From: an uncultured Chlamydiales bacterium
Lineage (GTDB): Bacteria > Chlamydiota > Chlamydiia > Chlamydiales > JAAKFR01
Direction: 5' to 3'
Assembly: GCA_963699155.1 (NCBI GenBank)
Contig: OY969414.1
Location: 1,355,757 to 1,419,756, forward strand
Length of the DNA: 64,000 nucleotides
The notes beneath the pieces were generated by a model, which made no database searches, had not been told where the DNA came from, and saw only the letters and a list, made by a program, of their open reading frames with translations. Below, piece after piece: positions 1 to 10,461 of the stretch (position 1 is the stretch's first letter; each line of letters opens with the position of its first letter). Position numbers and translations under genes: made by a program.

Positions 1-497
1 TGATGAAGCCAGAACCGGCTGTCAGCGCAATCAGGCAGGTTCGCAGAGCTGATTCGCATGTGGTTTACCTCTCTCCACAAGGGAGTTTACTCACAGCCGA
101 CAAATGTCGGGAGCTTAGCCAGAAGAGCCATCTGATACTTCTCTGTGGTCACTACGAAGGCATCGATGAGCGGATCGTGGAGTTGGAGGTTGATGAAGAG
201 ATCAGCATCGGAAATTATGTTCTCACGAATGGGGCTCTGGCGGCCATTGTGTTGATCGATGCGACGGCGCGATTTATCCCTGGCGTTTTAGGACACCCTG
301 AGGCAGCGAGCTCAGATTCGTTTGAAGAGGGTTTGTTGGATTTTCCCCACTATACGCGGCCAGAAAATTTCGAAGGAAAAAGGGTCCCAGAAGTACTTCT
401 GAATGGAAACCACCAAGAGATCGCCACATGGAGAAAGGGGCAGGCGCAAGAGAAGACGGAGCGGAAGCGGCCTGAGCTACTAAAAAGTTACGAATAA
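1..497 (+). CDS. trmD: tRNA (guanine-N1)-methyltransferase, 5'-truncated by window edge
   Basis: Motifs [41 protein letters not shown]; immediately upstream of rplS. Confidence 0.97.
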   Translation, partial: MKPEPAVSAIRQVRRADSHVVYLSPQGSLLTADKCRELSQKSHLILLCGHYEGIDERIVELEVDEEISIGNYVLTNGALAAIVLIDATARFIPGVLGHPEAASSDSFEEGLLDFPHYTRPENFEGKRVPEVLLNGNHQEIATWRKGQAQEKTERKRPELLKSYE

Positions 498-518
498 CAA
501 TTAAGAAGGAAAATAGCG

Positions 519-965
519 ATGGATGTCATCATTGAAGACTACGATCAAGACCAGATGAAAGCCAATATTCCTCAGTTTGATATTGGCGATACAGTCAAGA
601 TTTCGACAAAGATTATCGAAGGAGAAAAGGAGCGGGTCCAAGTCTTCCAAGGAACGGTGATCGCCAGAACCGGTCGCGGTTTATCGGAAACGCTCTCTCT
701 GCATCGCGTCTCTTATGGTGAGGGGATGGAGAGGGTCTTTTATCTCCATAGCCCACGTATCGTCAATATTCAGGTGGTGAAAAAGGGAGCTGTGCGCCGC
801 TCGAAACTCTACTATCTCCGTGGACGCACAGGTAAGAGCGCGAAAATCCGCGAAAAAATTGGCGGAAAAAAGGCGATTAACACTTCTATTAATTCTGGGA
901 CCGACACCGAACTAGCAGCGAGCGCAAGTGGCACAACGGACATGGAAAACTCTCCCCAGAAGTGA
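519..965 (+). CDS. rplS: 50S ribosomal protein L19 with a short low-complexity C-terminal extension
   Basis: FDIGDTVKI, KERVQVFQGTVIAR, GAVRRSKLYYLRGRTGKSAKI. Confidence 0.97.
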   Translation: MDVIIEDYDQDQMKANIPQFDIGDTVKISTKIIEGEKERVQVFQGTVIARTGRGLSETLSLHRVSYGEGMERVFYLHSPRIVNIQVVKKGAVRRSKLYYLRGRTGKSAKIREKIGGKKAINTSINSGTDTELAASASGTTDMENSPQK

Positions 966-1599
966 ACGTAAACGCCTCAGGAATTTAGTTGTGCCCGAGT
1001 CGCAAGCCCGCCAAAAAGGCTTCCGATCTGTTGCAGGGGTGGATGAGGCTGGCAGAGGGCCGCTTGCTGGCCCGGTTGTCGCCGCCGCTTGTGTGATAGC
1101 AGAAGGGCTCTTTTTCCCTGGTATCAACGATAGCAAGAAGCTTCCGCCCCACAGACGAAAGCTGCTCTTCGAGCAGATCACCCACCACCCGAAGGTTTTT
1201 TTTGCAGTGGGCTGTGTCGATCACCTGACGATCGATCGGATCAATATCTACCAGGCTTCGCTGCAAGCGATGCGAGAGGCGGTCTATCAGTTGAAGGAAA
1301 GGCCCGACTATCTGCTTGTCGATGGTGTTCATCTGAAGTTGACAGATATAGTCTGTGAACGGATTGTAGGAGGGGATGGGCTCTCGCAAATGATCGCCGC
1401 CGCTTCGATCATTGCCAAAGAGAGTCGGGATCAGATGATGATGGAGTATCATGAAGAGTATCCCCAATACCATTTTAATGAAAATAAGGGATATGGCACA
1501 CCTGCACACCAAGCTGCCCTATCTGAATATGGGCCTTGTCCGATCCATCGGAGAAGCTTTGCACCTGTGTCACAATTAGAGTTATCCTATGGCAGATGA
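928..1599 (+). CDS. rnhB: Ribonuclease HII (GTG start uncertain; overlaps rplS end)
   Basis: VAGVDEAGRGPLAGPVVAAA, DSKKL, IAAASIIAK, NKGYGT, IHRRSF. Confidence 0.96.
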   Translation: MAQRTWKTLPRSERKRLRNLVVPESQARQKGFRSVAGVDEAGRGPLAGPVVAAACVIAEGLFFPGINDSKKLPPHRRKLLFEQITHHPKVFFAVGCVDHLTIDRINIYQASLQAMREAVYQLKERPDYLLVDGVHLKLTDIVCERIVGGDGLSQMIAAASIIAKESRDQMMMEYHEEYPQYHFNENKGYGTPAHQAALSEYGPCPIHRRSFAPVSQLELSYGR

Positions 1600-2500
1600 T
1601 TTTCTCCAAATGAAGAGCATGACGGCCTATGGGCGAGCTGTTGTAGATTTCGAATGGGGGCGCATCACCGTCGATATTCAGAGCGTCAACCGCAGATTTC
1701 TGGAGATGAATGTGAGTCTCCCCAAGCTCTTTTCTCGCTTTGAGATGGAGATACGTAAGACGGTGACGGCGCTCGTCGGCAGAGGGATGGTGAATGTTTC
1801 AGTAGCCTATAAAAGCGAATCAAAACAAGCGCTCACTGTTACACCCAATCTCCCTTTAGCGCATGCACTGAAAGAGGCGTGGGAGAAGCTAGCTAGGGAA
1901 TTGAGACTTAACGATGCACTGCCATTGGCACTCCTGGCTCAAGAACAGGAGCTTTTCATCTACGATGAGGAGATCAAAGAGGAGGCGCTCTTCCAAAAAG
2001 CGCTCTCTGCTGCAGTCGATAGCGCTCTAAAAGCGCTCCTTCAGATGAAACGGGATGAGGGAAAGGTTTTAGAGCAGGATCTCAGGAAGAGAAAAGAGCT
2101 TCTCGAGGAAGAGATAGGAAAGATCGAAGCAGTATCGGAAGGCGCCACCGAGAAATTTCGGCAAAAATTAGTTGCAAGGCTTGAGGAGCTCTTCCCAGCG
2201 AGGGGGGAAAATGAGGAGCGTGTTTTAAGAGAGGTGGCCGTCTTTGCTGAGAAGGTCGACATTACCGAAGAGATTACCCGTTTTAAAAGTCATCTGGCAC
2301 AGCTCGATCAGACGATTGATAAACCGATGGCGCAAACGACGGATAGCCGAGGTAAATTGATCGATTTTCTGCTACAGGAGCTACTCAGAGAGATCAATAC
2401 GATCGGATCGAAGAGTTCCGATTTAACAGTGAGTCAACGGGTTGTGAAAATCAAAAGCGAGCTGGAAAAAATCCGCGAGCAGGTCCAGAATATCGAATAG
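1589..2500 (+). CDS. yicC: YicC/YloC family endoribonuclease
   Basis: SMTAYGR, SVNRRFLE, DITEEITRFKSH, QELLREINTIGSK, EKIREQVQNIE. Confidence 0.93.
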   Translation: MADDFLQMKSMTAYGRAVVDFEWGRITVDIQSVNRRFLEMNVSLPKLFSRFEMEIRKTVTALVGRGMVNVSVAYKSESKQALTVTPNLPLAHALKEAWEKLARELRLNDALPLALLAQEQELFIYDEEIKEEALFQKALSAAVDSALKALLQMKRDEGKVLEQDLRKRKELLEEEIGKIEAVSEGATEKFRQKLVARLEELFPARGENEERVLREVAVFAEKVDITEEITRFKSHLAQLDQTIDKPMAQTTDSRGKLIDFLLQELLREINTIGSKSSDLTVSQRVVKIKSELEKIREQVQNIE

Positions 2501-2505
2501 GTCTG

Positions 2506-3099
2506 ATGAGTCAAAAATTATTGGGAAACCAGAAACGAGGACTTCTTTTTGTCATCAGCGCACCTGCTGGGACAGGGAAATCGACTCTTGTCGATATGCT
2601 TCTCGCTGAGTTTCCTGATGCCATCGCAGAGAGCGTCTCCTGCACAACGCGCAAACCGCGACCCGGAGAGATCTCTGAAAGGCATTATGAGTTTCTGTCG
2701 ATTGAAAAATTTGAAGAGAAGATCGCCGCAGAGGACTTTCTGGAATATGCCAAAGTCTTCGGGAATTACTATGGTACCCGTAGAGAAGAGGTCGAGCGTA
2801 TTCTGGCTTCAGGAAAGCATGCGGTACTCGTCATCGACACACATGGGGCTTTAAGGGTGAAACATCTGAGAGATGCGATCCTCATTTTCATCAGCCCTCC
2901 TAGTTTCGAAGAGTTGAGAAACAGGCTCTTTAAAAGACGCACAGAGGATGAGGAAAAGATCCAGGAGAGACTTCTCTGGGCGAAAAAGGAGATCATGATG
3001 GTGGGACACTATGACTACCACATCGTGAACGACCATTTAAACATTACCTACCAACTCCTTCGCAGTATCTTTATTGCAGAGGAACACAAAAGGAGATAA
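2506..3099 (+). CDS. gmk: Guanylate kinase
   Basis: SAPAGTGKST P-loop, SCTTRKPRPGE, GNYYGT, IFISPPSFEEL. Confidence 0.97.
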   Translation: MSQKLLGNQKRGLLFVISAPAGTGKSTLVDMLLAEFPDAIAESVSCTTRKPRPGEISERHYEFLSIEKFEEKIAAEDFLEYAKVFGNYYGTRREEVERILASGKHAVLVIDTHGALRVKHLRDAILIFISPPSFEELRNRLFKRRTEDEEKIQERLLWAKKEIMMVGHYDYHIVNDHLNITYQLLRSIFIAEEHKRR

Positions 3100-3103
3100 C
3101 GAC

Positions 3104-3361
<258 letters not shown>

Positions 3362-3364
3362 TCT

Positions 3365-5407
3365 ATGAAAAAAATCCTGATCACCTCTGCACTGCCCTAT
3401 GCCAATGGCCAATTGCATTTTGGCCATATCGCTGGGGCTTATTTGCCTGCTGATGCCTATGCCCGCTTTGAAAGGCTCCGCGGTAACGATGTCCTCTATA
3501 TCTGCGGCTCGGATGAATATGGAGTCGCCATCACTTTGAGTGCCGATTTGGCAAAAAGGAGCCCTCAAGAGCATGTCGACCATTATCATCAGGTGATCAA
3601 ACAGCTCTTCAACAATCTGGCGATTCAGTTCGACCACTATTCGCGTACGACCTGTCGTGAGCACAAACCCTTGGTGCAGCAATTCTTCTCTGATCTCTTA
3701 GCCAATGGTTATGTCGAAGCGCGCAAAACGGAGCAGCTCTATTCCATCGCCGACAACCGCTTCTTAGCGGACCGCTATGTGATGGGCACCTGCCCCCGCT
3801 GTAGCTTCGAGGAGGCGAGGGGAGATGAGTGCCAAAAGTGTGGGGCTGCCTATGAGGCCACCGATTTAAAAAATCCTCGCTCCAAGATCTCAGGAGCCCC
3901 TTTAACCTTGAAAAAGACCACTCACTGGTTTCTGCTGAGTGACAAATTTAAAGATCGGCTGGAGCCCTTTCTGGCATCGAGGCCTTGGAAGTCCAATGTG
4001 ACCCATTTTGCGAAATCCTACATGGATGACCTGCGTCCCCGTTCGATCACGCGCGATCTCGAATGGGGCGTTCCTGTACCTCTTCCTGAGGCGCATGGCA
4101 AGGTCTTTTATGTCTGGTTCGATGCTCCTATCGGCTACATCAGCGCCACCCAAGAATGGGCCAACAAAAGCGGGAAGCCAGAAGCTTGGAAAAATTACTG
4201 GACTGACCCCAAAACCCACTATGTGCAGTTCATGGGAAAGGATAACATTCCTTTCCACGCACTCTTCTTTCCAGCCATGATTTTTGGGCAGAATCAGCCC
4301 TTTAAAATGGTCGACGATCTGGTGGCCAATGAATTTTACAACCTCGAGGGGCGAAAATTTAGCAAGTCAGAAGGCTGGTATATCGATCTTGACGACTTCT
4401 TCAAGCGTTACCATGCAGATCAGATCCGCTACGCCATAGCCTCAAATGCTCCTGAAACAGGTGATTCCGAATTTACCTGGAAAGATTTCCAAAACCGCAA
4501 CAATAGCGATCTCGTCGGCAAATTTGGCAATCTAGCCAACCGCGTGCTTGTCTTTGTCCAAAATCAATGTGGAGGGCGCATTCCGGCCTTTCATAGTTTC
4601 GATGAGGAAGACCATCGCTTTCTGAATGAGATCAGCCGCCTGACAAAAGAGATCGAAGAGGCCTATGCCTCTTATCGCTTGCGTCGAGCCAGTCAGCTAG
4701 TGATGGAGTTAGCGCAAACGGGCAACGTCTATTTTGATAAAAAGGCGCCCTGGAAAGATGCCAAAGAGAGCCAGACACGTCCCCAGATGGAGACCACGAT
4801 TTCTCTATGCCTCTACTGCTTAAAGGCGCTCGCCTGCACCTCTTTCCCTATCATTCCTGATGCCACTGCGAAACTCTGGCAACTGCTCGGCTTTTCGGGG
4901 GTGCTTTCAGAAGCACGCTGGGACAAGATCTTAGATGTTTATCTCGAACCTGGCAGACAGCTGCCCAAACCTTTTATTCTATTCCAAAAAATCGAGGACG
5001 ATGTGATCGATCAAGAGATTGCCAAATTGCAAGAAAGACACCAAGTGGCCACTCAGAAACAGCTGCCGCCATTCCCCGCAGTGAAAGAGAGCATCACCAT
5101 CGATGACTTTAGCAAGATCGATCTGCGAGTGGGGCTAGTCCTCAAGGCTGAGAAGCTGCCCAAAAGCAAAAAGCTGCTCAAACTCGAGGTTGATATCGGC
5201 GTCGAAAAACGGACCGTTCTCTCGGGCATCAGCCTCCACTATACTCCCGAACAGCTAGTCGGTAAAAAGGTGATCGTGGTGGCCAACCTGAAGCCAGCGA
5301 CGATCATGGGTGTAGAAAGTTATGGCATGGTCTTAGCCGGGAGCATCGACAGCAGCCTCGAGCTGGTGACTCTCCAAGATCTGCCTGCCGGAGCGATCGT
5401 TTCTTAG
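3365..5407 (+). CDS. metG: Methionine--tRNA ligase with C-terminal tRNA-binding domain
   Basis: LPYANGQLHFGH (HIGH-like), Zn knuckles, YVWFDAPIGY, KFSKS, C-terminal OB fold. Confidence 0.98.
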   Translation: MKKILITSALPYANGQLHFGHIAGAYLPADAYARFERLRGNDVLYICGSDEYGVAITLSADLAKRSPQEHVDHYHQVIKQLFNNLAIQFDHYSRTTCREHKPLVQQFFSDLLANGYVEARKTEQLYSIADNRFLADRYVMGTCPRCSFEEARGDECQKCGAAYEATDLKNPRSKISGAPLTLKKTTHWFLLSDKFKDRLEPFLASRPWKSNVTHFAKSYMDDLRPRSITRDLEWGVPVPLPEAHGKVFYVWFDAPIGYISATQEWANKSGKPEAWKNYWTDPKTHYVQFMGKDNIPFHALFFPAMIFGQNQPFKMVDDLVANEFYNLEGRKFSKSEGWYIDLDDFFKRYHADQIRYAIASNAPETGDSEFTWKDFQNRNNSDLVGKFGNLANRVLVFVQNQCGGRIPAFHSFDEEDHRFLNEISRLTKEIEEAYASYRLRRASQLVMELAQTGNVYFDKKAPWKDAKESQTRPQMETTISLCLYCLKALACTSFPIIPDATAKLWQLLGFSGVLSEARWDKILDVYLEPGRQLPKPFILFQKIEDDVIDQEIAKLQERHQVATQKQLPPFPAVKESITIDDFSKIDLRVGLVLKAEKLPKSKKLLKLEVDIGVEKRTVLSGISLHYTPEQLVGKKVIVVANLKPATIMGVESYGMVLAGSIDSSLELVTLQDLPAGAIVS

Positions 5408-7519
5408 GAATTTTAAAAGTCCCGTATGCCGTTTTTTAACATCGTCATTGGAGACGGCAATCGCGATCGCTTTTCCTGTTCCGACAAGCACAACCAATCT
5501 TTTTCCGCGCGTCACTGCTGTGTAGAGCAAGTTACGGTGGAGCATCATGTAGTGCGTCGTGTGGACCGGGATGACCACACAGCGACATTCGCTCCCCTGA
5601 TATTTATGGACGGAGGTGGCATAGGCCAGAACGAGCGCATCGAGCTCAAAGAAGGGATATTCGACCGGCCTTCCATCAAAGGTGACTGTCAGAATTTGCT
5701 CTTCACGGTCGATCTTGCTGACCCGTCCGATATCGCCATTGTAGACCTCTTTATTGTAGTCATTGCGCGTCTGCATCACTTTATCGGAGAGGCCAAAGCG
5801 CTGCGCTCCGTGGATGACCACATCCTCTTGGGGATTGAGCACCTTCTGAAGCACTATGTTGAGATTTTCAATCCCAATGGCGCCCCGTTTCATGGGAGCG
5901 AGAACCTGAATATCTTCGATCGGATCGAGGCGATAGCTTTTTGGCAGACGCTCGGAAACGAGGGAGACAATCTGCGTCAGCGCCTCCTCGGGCTCTTCCG
6001 CTTTTAAAAAGAAGAAATCGCCCCGAGGCTCTACGGTGAGGTCAGGGAATTCGCCGCGATTAATTTTATGGGCGTTGGTAATGATCTTTGAGCCTGCTGC
6101 TTGGCGAAAGATCTCTGTCAGTTCGGTGACGGGGAGGATTTCACTTCCGATCAGATCCCTCAACACAGTCCCAGGCCCGACGCTGGGCAGCTGGTTGATA
6201 TCCCCCACCAGCAAGACCCGCGCATGGCTTGGAATCGCTTTGAGGAGATGGTACATCAAGCTGGTATCGATCATGCTCGCTTCATCGATCACGATGAGGT
6301 CGCACTGGATCGGGTTTTCCTTATTGTGCCTGAACCCTTTTTCGGTGAAATCATATTTGAGAAGGCTATGGATCGTGAGAGCTTCCCTATGCGTGATCTC
6401 ACTCATCCGTTTGGCTGCCCGGCCTGTAGGGGCTGCCAGAACAATCTGGCGGCTCAACTTCTCAGTGATGGCCAGAATCGCTTTAGTGATCGTGCTCTTC
6501 CCTGTCCCAGGCCCGCCCGTGATGATGTGTAATTTATCGCTCAACGCATGCTTCACAGCCTCTTTCTGCTGCTCAGCCAACTGGATATGAAGCTTCTCTT
6601 CCGACCAGGCGACAGCTCTTTCACAGTTGACCTCTCTTAAACGACAGCGGGCTCCCTTCAGCCGCTTCAGCTCCCTCACAATGCCCTGTTCGCATAGCCA
6701 GAGCCCCTTAATCCAGAGAAATCCCTCCTCCTTCACAATGCGCTGCTCAGTTGCCAAAGCATCGATGCGTCCTGTGACATCGACTCCCAACATCTCCTGA
6801 GCCTTTTTGCAAAATTCTTCCAGTGGATAACAGGTATGACCCTCTTCAGAGAGCTCTAGAAGCGCATGTTCGATCCCTGCATCGATCCGCTGCGTCGAAT
6901 CCTTCGGAATCCCTAGCTTCTCTGCAATCGTATCAGCGCTCTTAAAGCCGATCCCTCGAATCTCTCGAGCCAGCACATAGGGATTCTGCTGAATCGTTTC
7001 GACTGTCTCATTTCCATAAGCTTTATAGATCTTCTGCGCATAGGCAGGGCTCACCCCATACTTCTGCAGAAAGATCATCACCCCTCGGATCGCCTTCTGC
7101 TCCTGCCAGCACTTTTTGATCCTCTCTACCCGCTTTCCCCCGATCCCCTCCACATCCAAGAGCTGCTCCGGCGTCCCATCGATCACTTCGAGCGTCTTCT
7201 CCCCAAACATCTTGACGATCCGCTCGGCGTAGACAGGGCCGATCCCCTTGACCATCCCCGATTCCAGATACTTCTGGATCCCCACCACATCCTGCGGCTT
7301 CTCAACCGTGCACTCCTTCACCTCAAACTGCATCCCATGGGCCGGGCTCATCTTCCACCCCCCCAGCAGCCTCACACTCTCCCCCGGCTGCACCGCCGGC
7401 ATCACCCCCACCACCGTCACCAGATCATGCTTTTTCGGCATCTTCAGCCGTGCCACCGTAAACCCATTCTCCTGGTTATAGAAGGTGATCCGCTCGATGT
7501 AGCCAAAAATCTGCTCCAT
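5333..7519 (-). CDS. recD2: ATP-dependent RecD-like DNA helicase
   Basis: N-terminal FYNQENGFTVARL, HhH motifs (KGIGP, GIGFKSAD), GGPGTGKST, DEASM, AYATSVHKYQGSE, LLYTAVTRGK; likely ATG at 7519. Confidence 0.95.
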   Translation of the reverse strand: MEQIFGYIERITFYNQENGFTVARLKMPKKHDLVTVVGVMPAVQPGESVRLLGGWKMSPAHGMQFEVKECTVEKPQDVVGIQKYLESGMVKGIGPVYAERIVKMFGEKTLEVIDGTPEQLLDVEGIGGKRVERIKKCWQEQKAIRGVMIFLQKYGVSPAYAQKIYKAYGNETVETIQQNPYVLAREIRGIGFKSADTIAEKLGIPKDSTQRIDAGIEHALLELSEEGHTCYPLEEFCKKAQEMLGVDVTGRIDALATEQRIVKEEGFLWIKGLWLCEQGIVRELKRLKGARCRLREVNCERAVAWSEEKLHIQLAEQQKEAVKHALSDKLHIITGGPGTGKSTITKAILAITEKLSRQIVLAAPTGRAAKRMSEITHREALTIHSLLKYDFTEKGFRHNKENPIQCDLIVIDEASMIDTSLMYHLLKAIPSHARVLLVGDINQLPSVGPGTVLRDLIGSEILPVTELTEIFRQAAGSKIITNAHKINRGEFPDLTVEPRGDFFFLKAEEPEEALTQIVSLVSERLPKSYRLDPIEDIQVLAPMKRGAIGIENLNIVLQKVLNPQEDVVIHGAQRFGLSDKVMQTRNDYNKEVYNGDIGRVSKIDREEQILTVTFDGRPVEYPFFELDALVLAYATSVHKYQGSECRCVVIPVHTTHYMMLHRNLLYTAVTRGKRLVVLVGTGKAIAIAVSNDDVKKRHTGLLKFLRNDRSGRQILESHQLEAAVDAPG

Positions 7520-7604
7520 AGTGACCACTATATCTTCTTCACTGGTTAACCCAAAATATAAAAATGCTACCCTTAATAGCATTTTTCAATGTAAAATGCC
7601 ATTT

Positions 7605-8768
7605 ATGGTAGCAGATTTCAAATACCTTCCTCGGAAAATGAATCCTCCAAGAGGAAGCTACTTTCTTTTAGGTCCTCGGGGAACAGGAAAATCGACTTGG
7701 CTCCTCCATCAATACCCCCAGGCAACCCGGATCGATCTTCTTTTAGGAGAAGAAGAGAGACGTTTTAGCGCCTACCCTGAAAGAATTCGCGATATTGCGG
7801 CCAGTTTGTCAGAAGGTGAGACTCTCATTTTAGACGAGATCCAAAGGGTCCCTCAGCTTCTTCCCGAGATCCATGCTTTGATCGAGGAGAAAAGAGGCAT
7901 CCAATTCATTATGACGGGGAGCAGCAGTCGTAAGCTGCGCAGATCGGTCAGTGACCTTTTAGGAGGGCGAGCCCTTCTCAGACAAATGGGCCCCTTTATG
8001 GCTTCTGAGCTTAAAGATCAATTTTCTTTAGAAAGAGCCCTTCAGACAGGGCTAGTTCCCTTAATATGGGAATCTTCCGAAGCTGCTGCTCGTCTCCGAG
8101 ATTATTTGCATCTCTACTTGAAGGAAGAGGTTCAAGCAGAAGGGTTGGTGCGTCAATTTGGCGACTTTTCCCGATTTCTAGAAGTGGCTAGTTTTTCACA
8201 CGCTTCTCTCTGGACCTCAACAGATATCAGCAGAGAATCTAGCGTCAAGCGGTCCACGGTCGATAATTACCTGGGGATTCTCGAGGACCTTTTGTTAGCC
8301 TTCACCCTTCCCGTTTTTACGCGTAGAGCCAAGCGTAGATTAGTGGCCCATTCGAAATTCTATTTCTTTGATACCGGTGTCTACCGGATGTTACGTCCAC
8401 AAGGAATCTTGGATAGTTCTCAAGAGATCGAGGGTTTAGCTCTTGAGGGATTGGTCGCTCAACACTTACGCGCTTGGGTTTCAGCGCAAGTTGAACCTCA
8501 TTCGCTCTCGTTTTGGAGAACTCAAACGAAGTTGGAGGTTGACTTTGTCATCTATGGACCTCGAGGTTTTTGGGCCATTGAGGTCAAGCGGAGCCCAAAT
8601 CTTGGCCCCGACGATCTCCGCTCCATGGCTGCTTTTAAGGAAGAGTATCCAGAAGCCAGCTGCTTTTTCGTAACCCCTGTCAAACGTAAAGAAATCTATA
8701 GGGGAGTTCCCGTTATCCCCATCGATCAATTTCTTCTCAGCGTTGACCCAGAAAACTCACTTTTCTGA
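7605..8768 (+). CDS. AAA_14 ATPase with DUF4143 / PD-(D/E)xK-like C-terminus (start 7596-7638 uncertain)
   Basis: GPRGTGKST, LDEIQ, TGSS, KFYFFDTG, EVDFV..AIEVK. Confidence 0.88.
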   Translation: MVADFKYLPRKMNPPRGSYFLLGPRGTGKSTWLLHQYPQATRIDLLLGEEERRFSAYPERIRDIAASLSEGETLILDEIQRVPQLLPEIHALIEEKRGIQFIMTGSSSRKLRRSVSDLLGGRALLRQMGPFMASELKDQFSLERALQTGLVPLIWESSEAAARLRDYLHLYLKEEVQAEGLVRQFGDFSRFLEVASFSHASLWTSTDISRESSVKRSTVDNYLGILEDLLLAFTLPVFTRRAKRRLVAHSKFYFFDTGVYRMLRPQGILDSSQEIEGLALEGLVAQHLRAWVSAQVEPHSLSFWRTQTKLEVDFVIYGPRGFWAIEVKRSPNLGPDDLRSMAAFKEEYPEASCFFVTPVKRKEIYRGVPVIPIDQFLLSVDPENSLF

Positions 8769-8820
8769 TAAGTTTGAGCCTACTCTATAAATCTTGGCTC
8801 TTTGGGCAGTTTCAACGATT

Positions 8821-10080
8821 AACTTCCCATCAGGTAGCTTGCTGAAATGGTCCCGAGTTGCCTCGATAGTGACAAGGCCGTTTGGAGAGCGATCGTTGCG
8901 TCTCAGTATGGCAGCTCCGTTGTTAATTCATTTTCCCCACTTGTCGATAGAGGCCTTCTGACCTGGAAGGAGGTGATGCGATTCGCAGAGATACCCCACT
9001 TTCTTCAGCGGATTGAGGCCCAGCTTCGAAACCACGATGTCAGTTTTATTCAAGAAAATAACCCTGAAATGGCAGCTCTGAGAGGGGGCTGCATTCGCTG
9101 AGTTTCCCCGTATATGGATGCCGCAGTTTAAAGTGGCTCGCAACGGCGTCACCTTCTCGATTCGCAATTGTTCTCATGTGCTGATGCAAGAAGGTGGCGT
9201 TCAACGATTGCTTCAAGGAGAGGAGGGTTCTTTTTTAACTCATCTATCCTACGATGGTCGGAATCTTTATGGTTTTCGCGACGATGGTTTTGTTGTGCAA
9301 TGGGATCCCGCAACTGGACTCTCTAGCAAATTGGAAACGTCTGTTACTCAAAATCACCCATTAATCACAAAATGGAGACAAAGCTTTAGAGCAGGTGCTC
9401 ATGGACCAGAACGGTTTTGCCAGCGATTAGAGGCTCAAGATGGCTTCCTTGTGATCAGTTACGGTTTATATCATTCATGTCCCATCTTCGAAGTGAGGGA
9501 TTTAGCAAAGAACACCTCTCAGATTTTTGAGGATAGCGATATAAAAATTCCGGAGAAATTGCTGATTCAAGATAAAAAACTCTATATGTTACAACGCGAT
9601 ACCATTCTTGTTTGGGATTTAGCCTCATCAACAAAGGAACGTCTGATTCCAATTGATATAGATCCTTCTGAATTGCTTTGGGATTTTGCAGTCAGCAAAG
9701 AGAGAATCTGTGCATACACTTTTGGAGGGAAGCTCTATGTCATGAATCGTGCGGATGGCAGCCAAACAAGCCAGTTCAATATGGGAGGTCCTTTTGCAAC
9801 AGGTACAATCATACTGGACCATTTATTGATCGTGTGCTCCCTCGCCACAATTACAAGTACACTCACCACAATTACAAGAGTAGAGCAAGGTATCTCCCTC
9901 TTTGATTTAAGAACCGGAAATCAGTTGACCCATCTTTCCCCAATTTATGACAAAAATGGCTATGTTCTGCCAACAACACTTGAAAACCTCCTCCTGCAAT
10001 GCAAGAAAGCTTTAAGTGAAGAAAATGGATTAGCGATTCTAGACCCCTTAAAAAGCTTTTTTCAAAGATTACTATCCTAG
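8821..10080 (+). pseudogene. Probable degraded F-box plus beta-propeller protein (ORFs 8847-9101 and 9118-10080)
   Basis: Removing one G from G5 at 9084-9088 joins the two ORFs; out-of-frame SLLKWSRV then DKAVWRAIV resembles an F-box tail; downstream VVQWD/ILVWDL/SLFDL blade-like motifs. Confidence 0.5.
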
Positions 10081-10389
10081 AAAGACATAGATCAGGGTTC
10101 CGCCAACTCCTCCGATGGCTCCGCCGGCCATAGCACTCAAAATGATCATAGGGGTTTCCTCCGCCTTCTGAATAGCGTAGGGAGCCACTCCGAAGCGGTC
10201 TAAAAAAGGAGTCACTTTAGCATTTTCATAAAGCAGTGCTTTCATAGCTGCTGCTCCTAGCACAATACCGATGAGAGCTCCACGCCCAATCGATGAGATG
10301 GGATGATCCTGAATGGCGGTATAGGTTAGTGTAGCCAGGGTAAGCCCTGCCGTTATCCCTGCTCCCCAAGTGATTGCTTGACTGGACAT
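10072..10389 (-). CDS. Small hydrophobic membrane protein, unknown function
   Basis: Three Gly-rich hydrophobic segments; AGGAG-like RBS upstream on minus strand. Confidence 0.65.
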   Translation of the reverse strand: MSSQAITWGAGITAGLTLATLTYTAIQDHPISSIGRGALIGIVLGAAAMKALLYENAKVTPFLDRFGVAPYAIQKAEETPMIILSAMAGGAIGGVGGTLIYVFLG

Positions 10390-10461
10390 CTCATTTCTCC
10401 TTCGTGGGTGGGGATGCAGTTAAAAGGTTAGAATTATAGTTACAGAAGGCAATTTCTGCAG

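Noticed and set aside
928..965. Possible programmed frameshift fusing rplS and rnhB at GAAAAC
   Set aside because: An in-frame GTG start explains rnhB; no canonical slippery heptamer or stimulator is evident.
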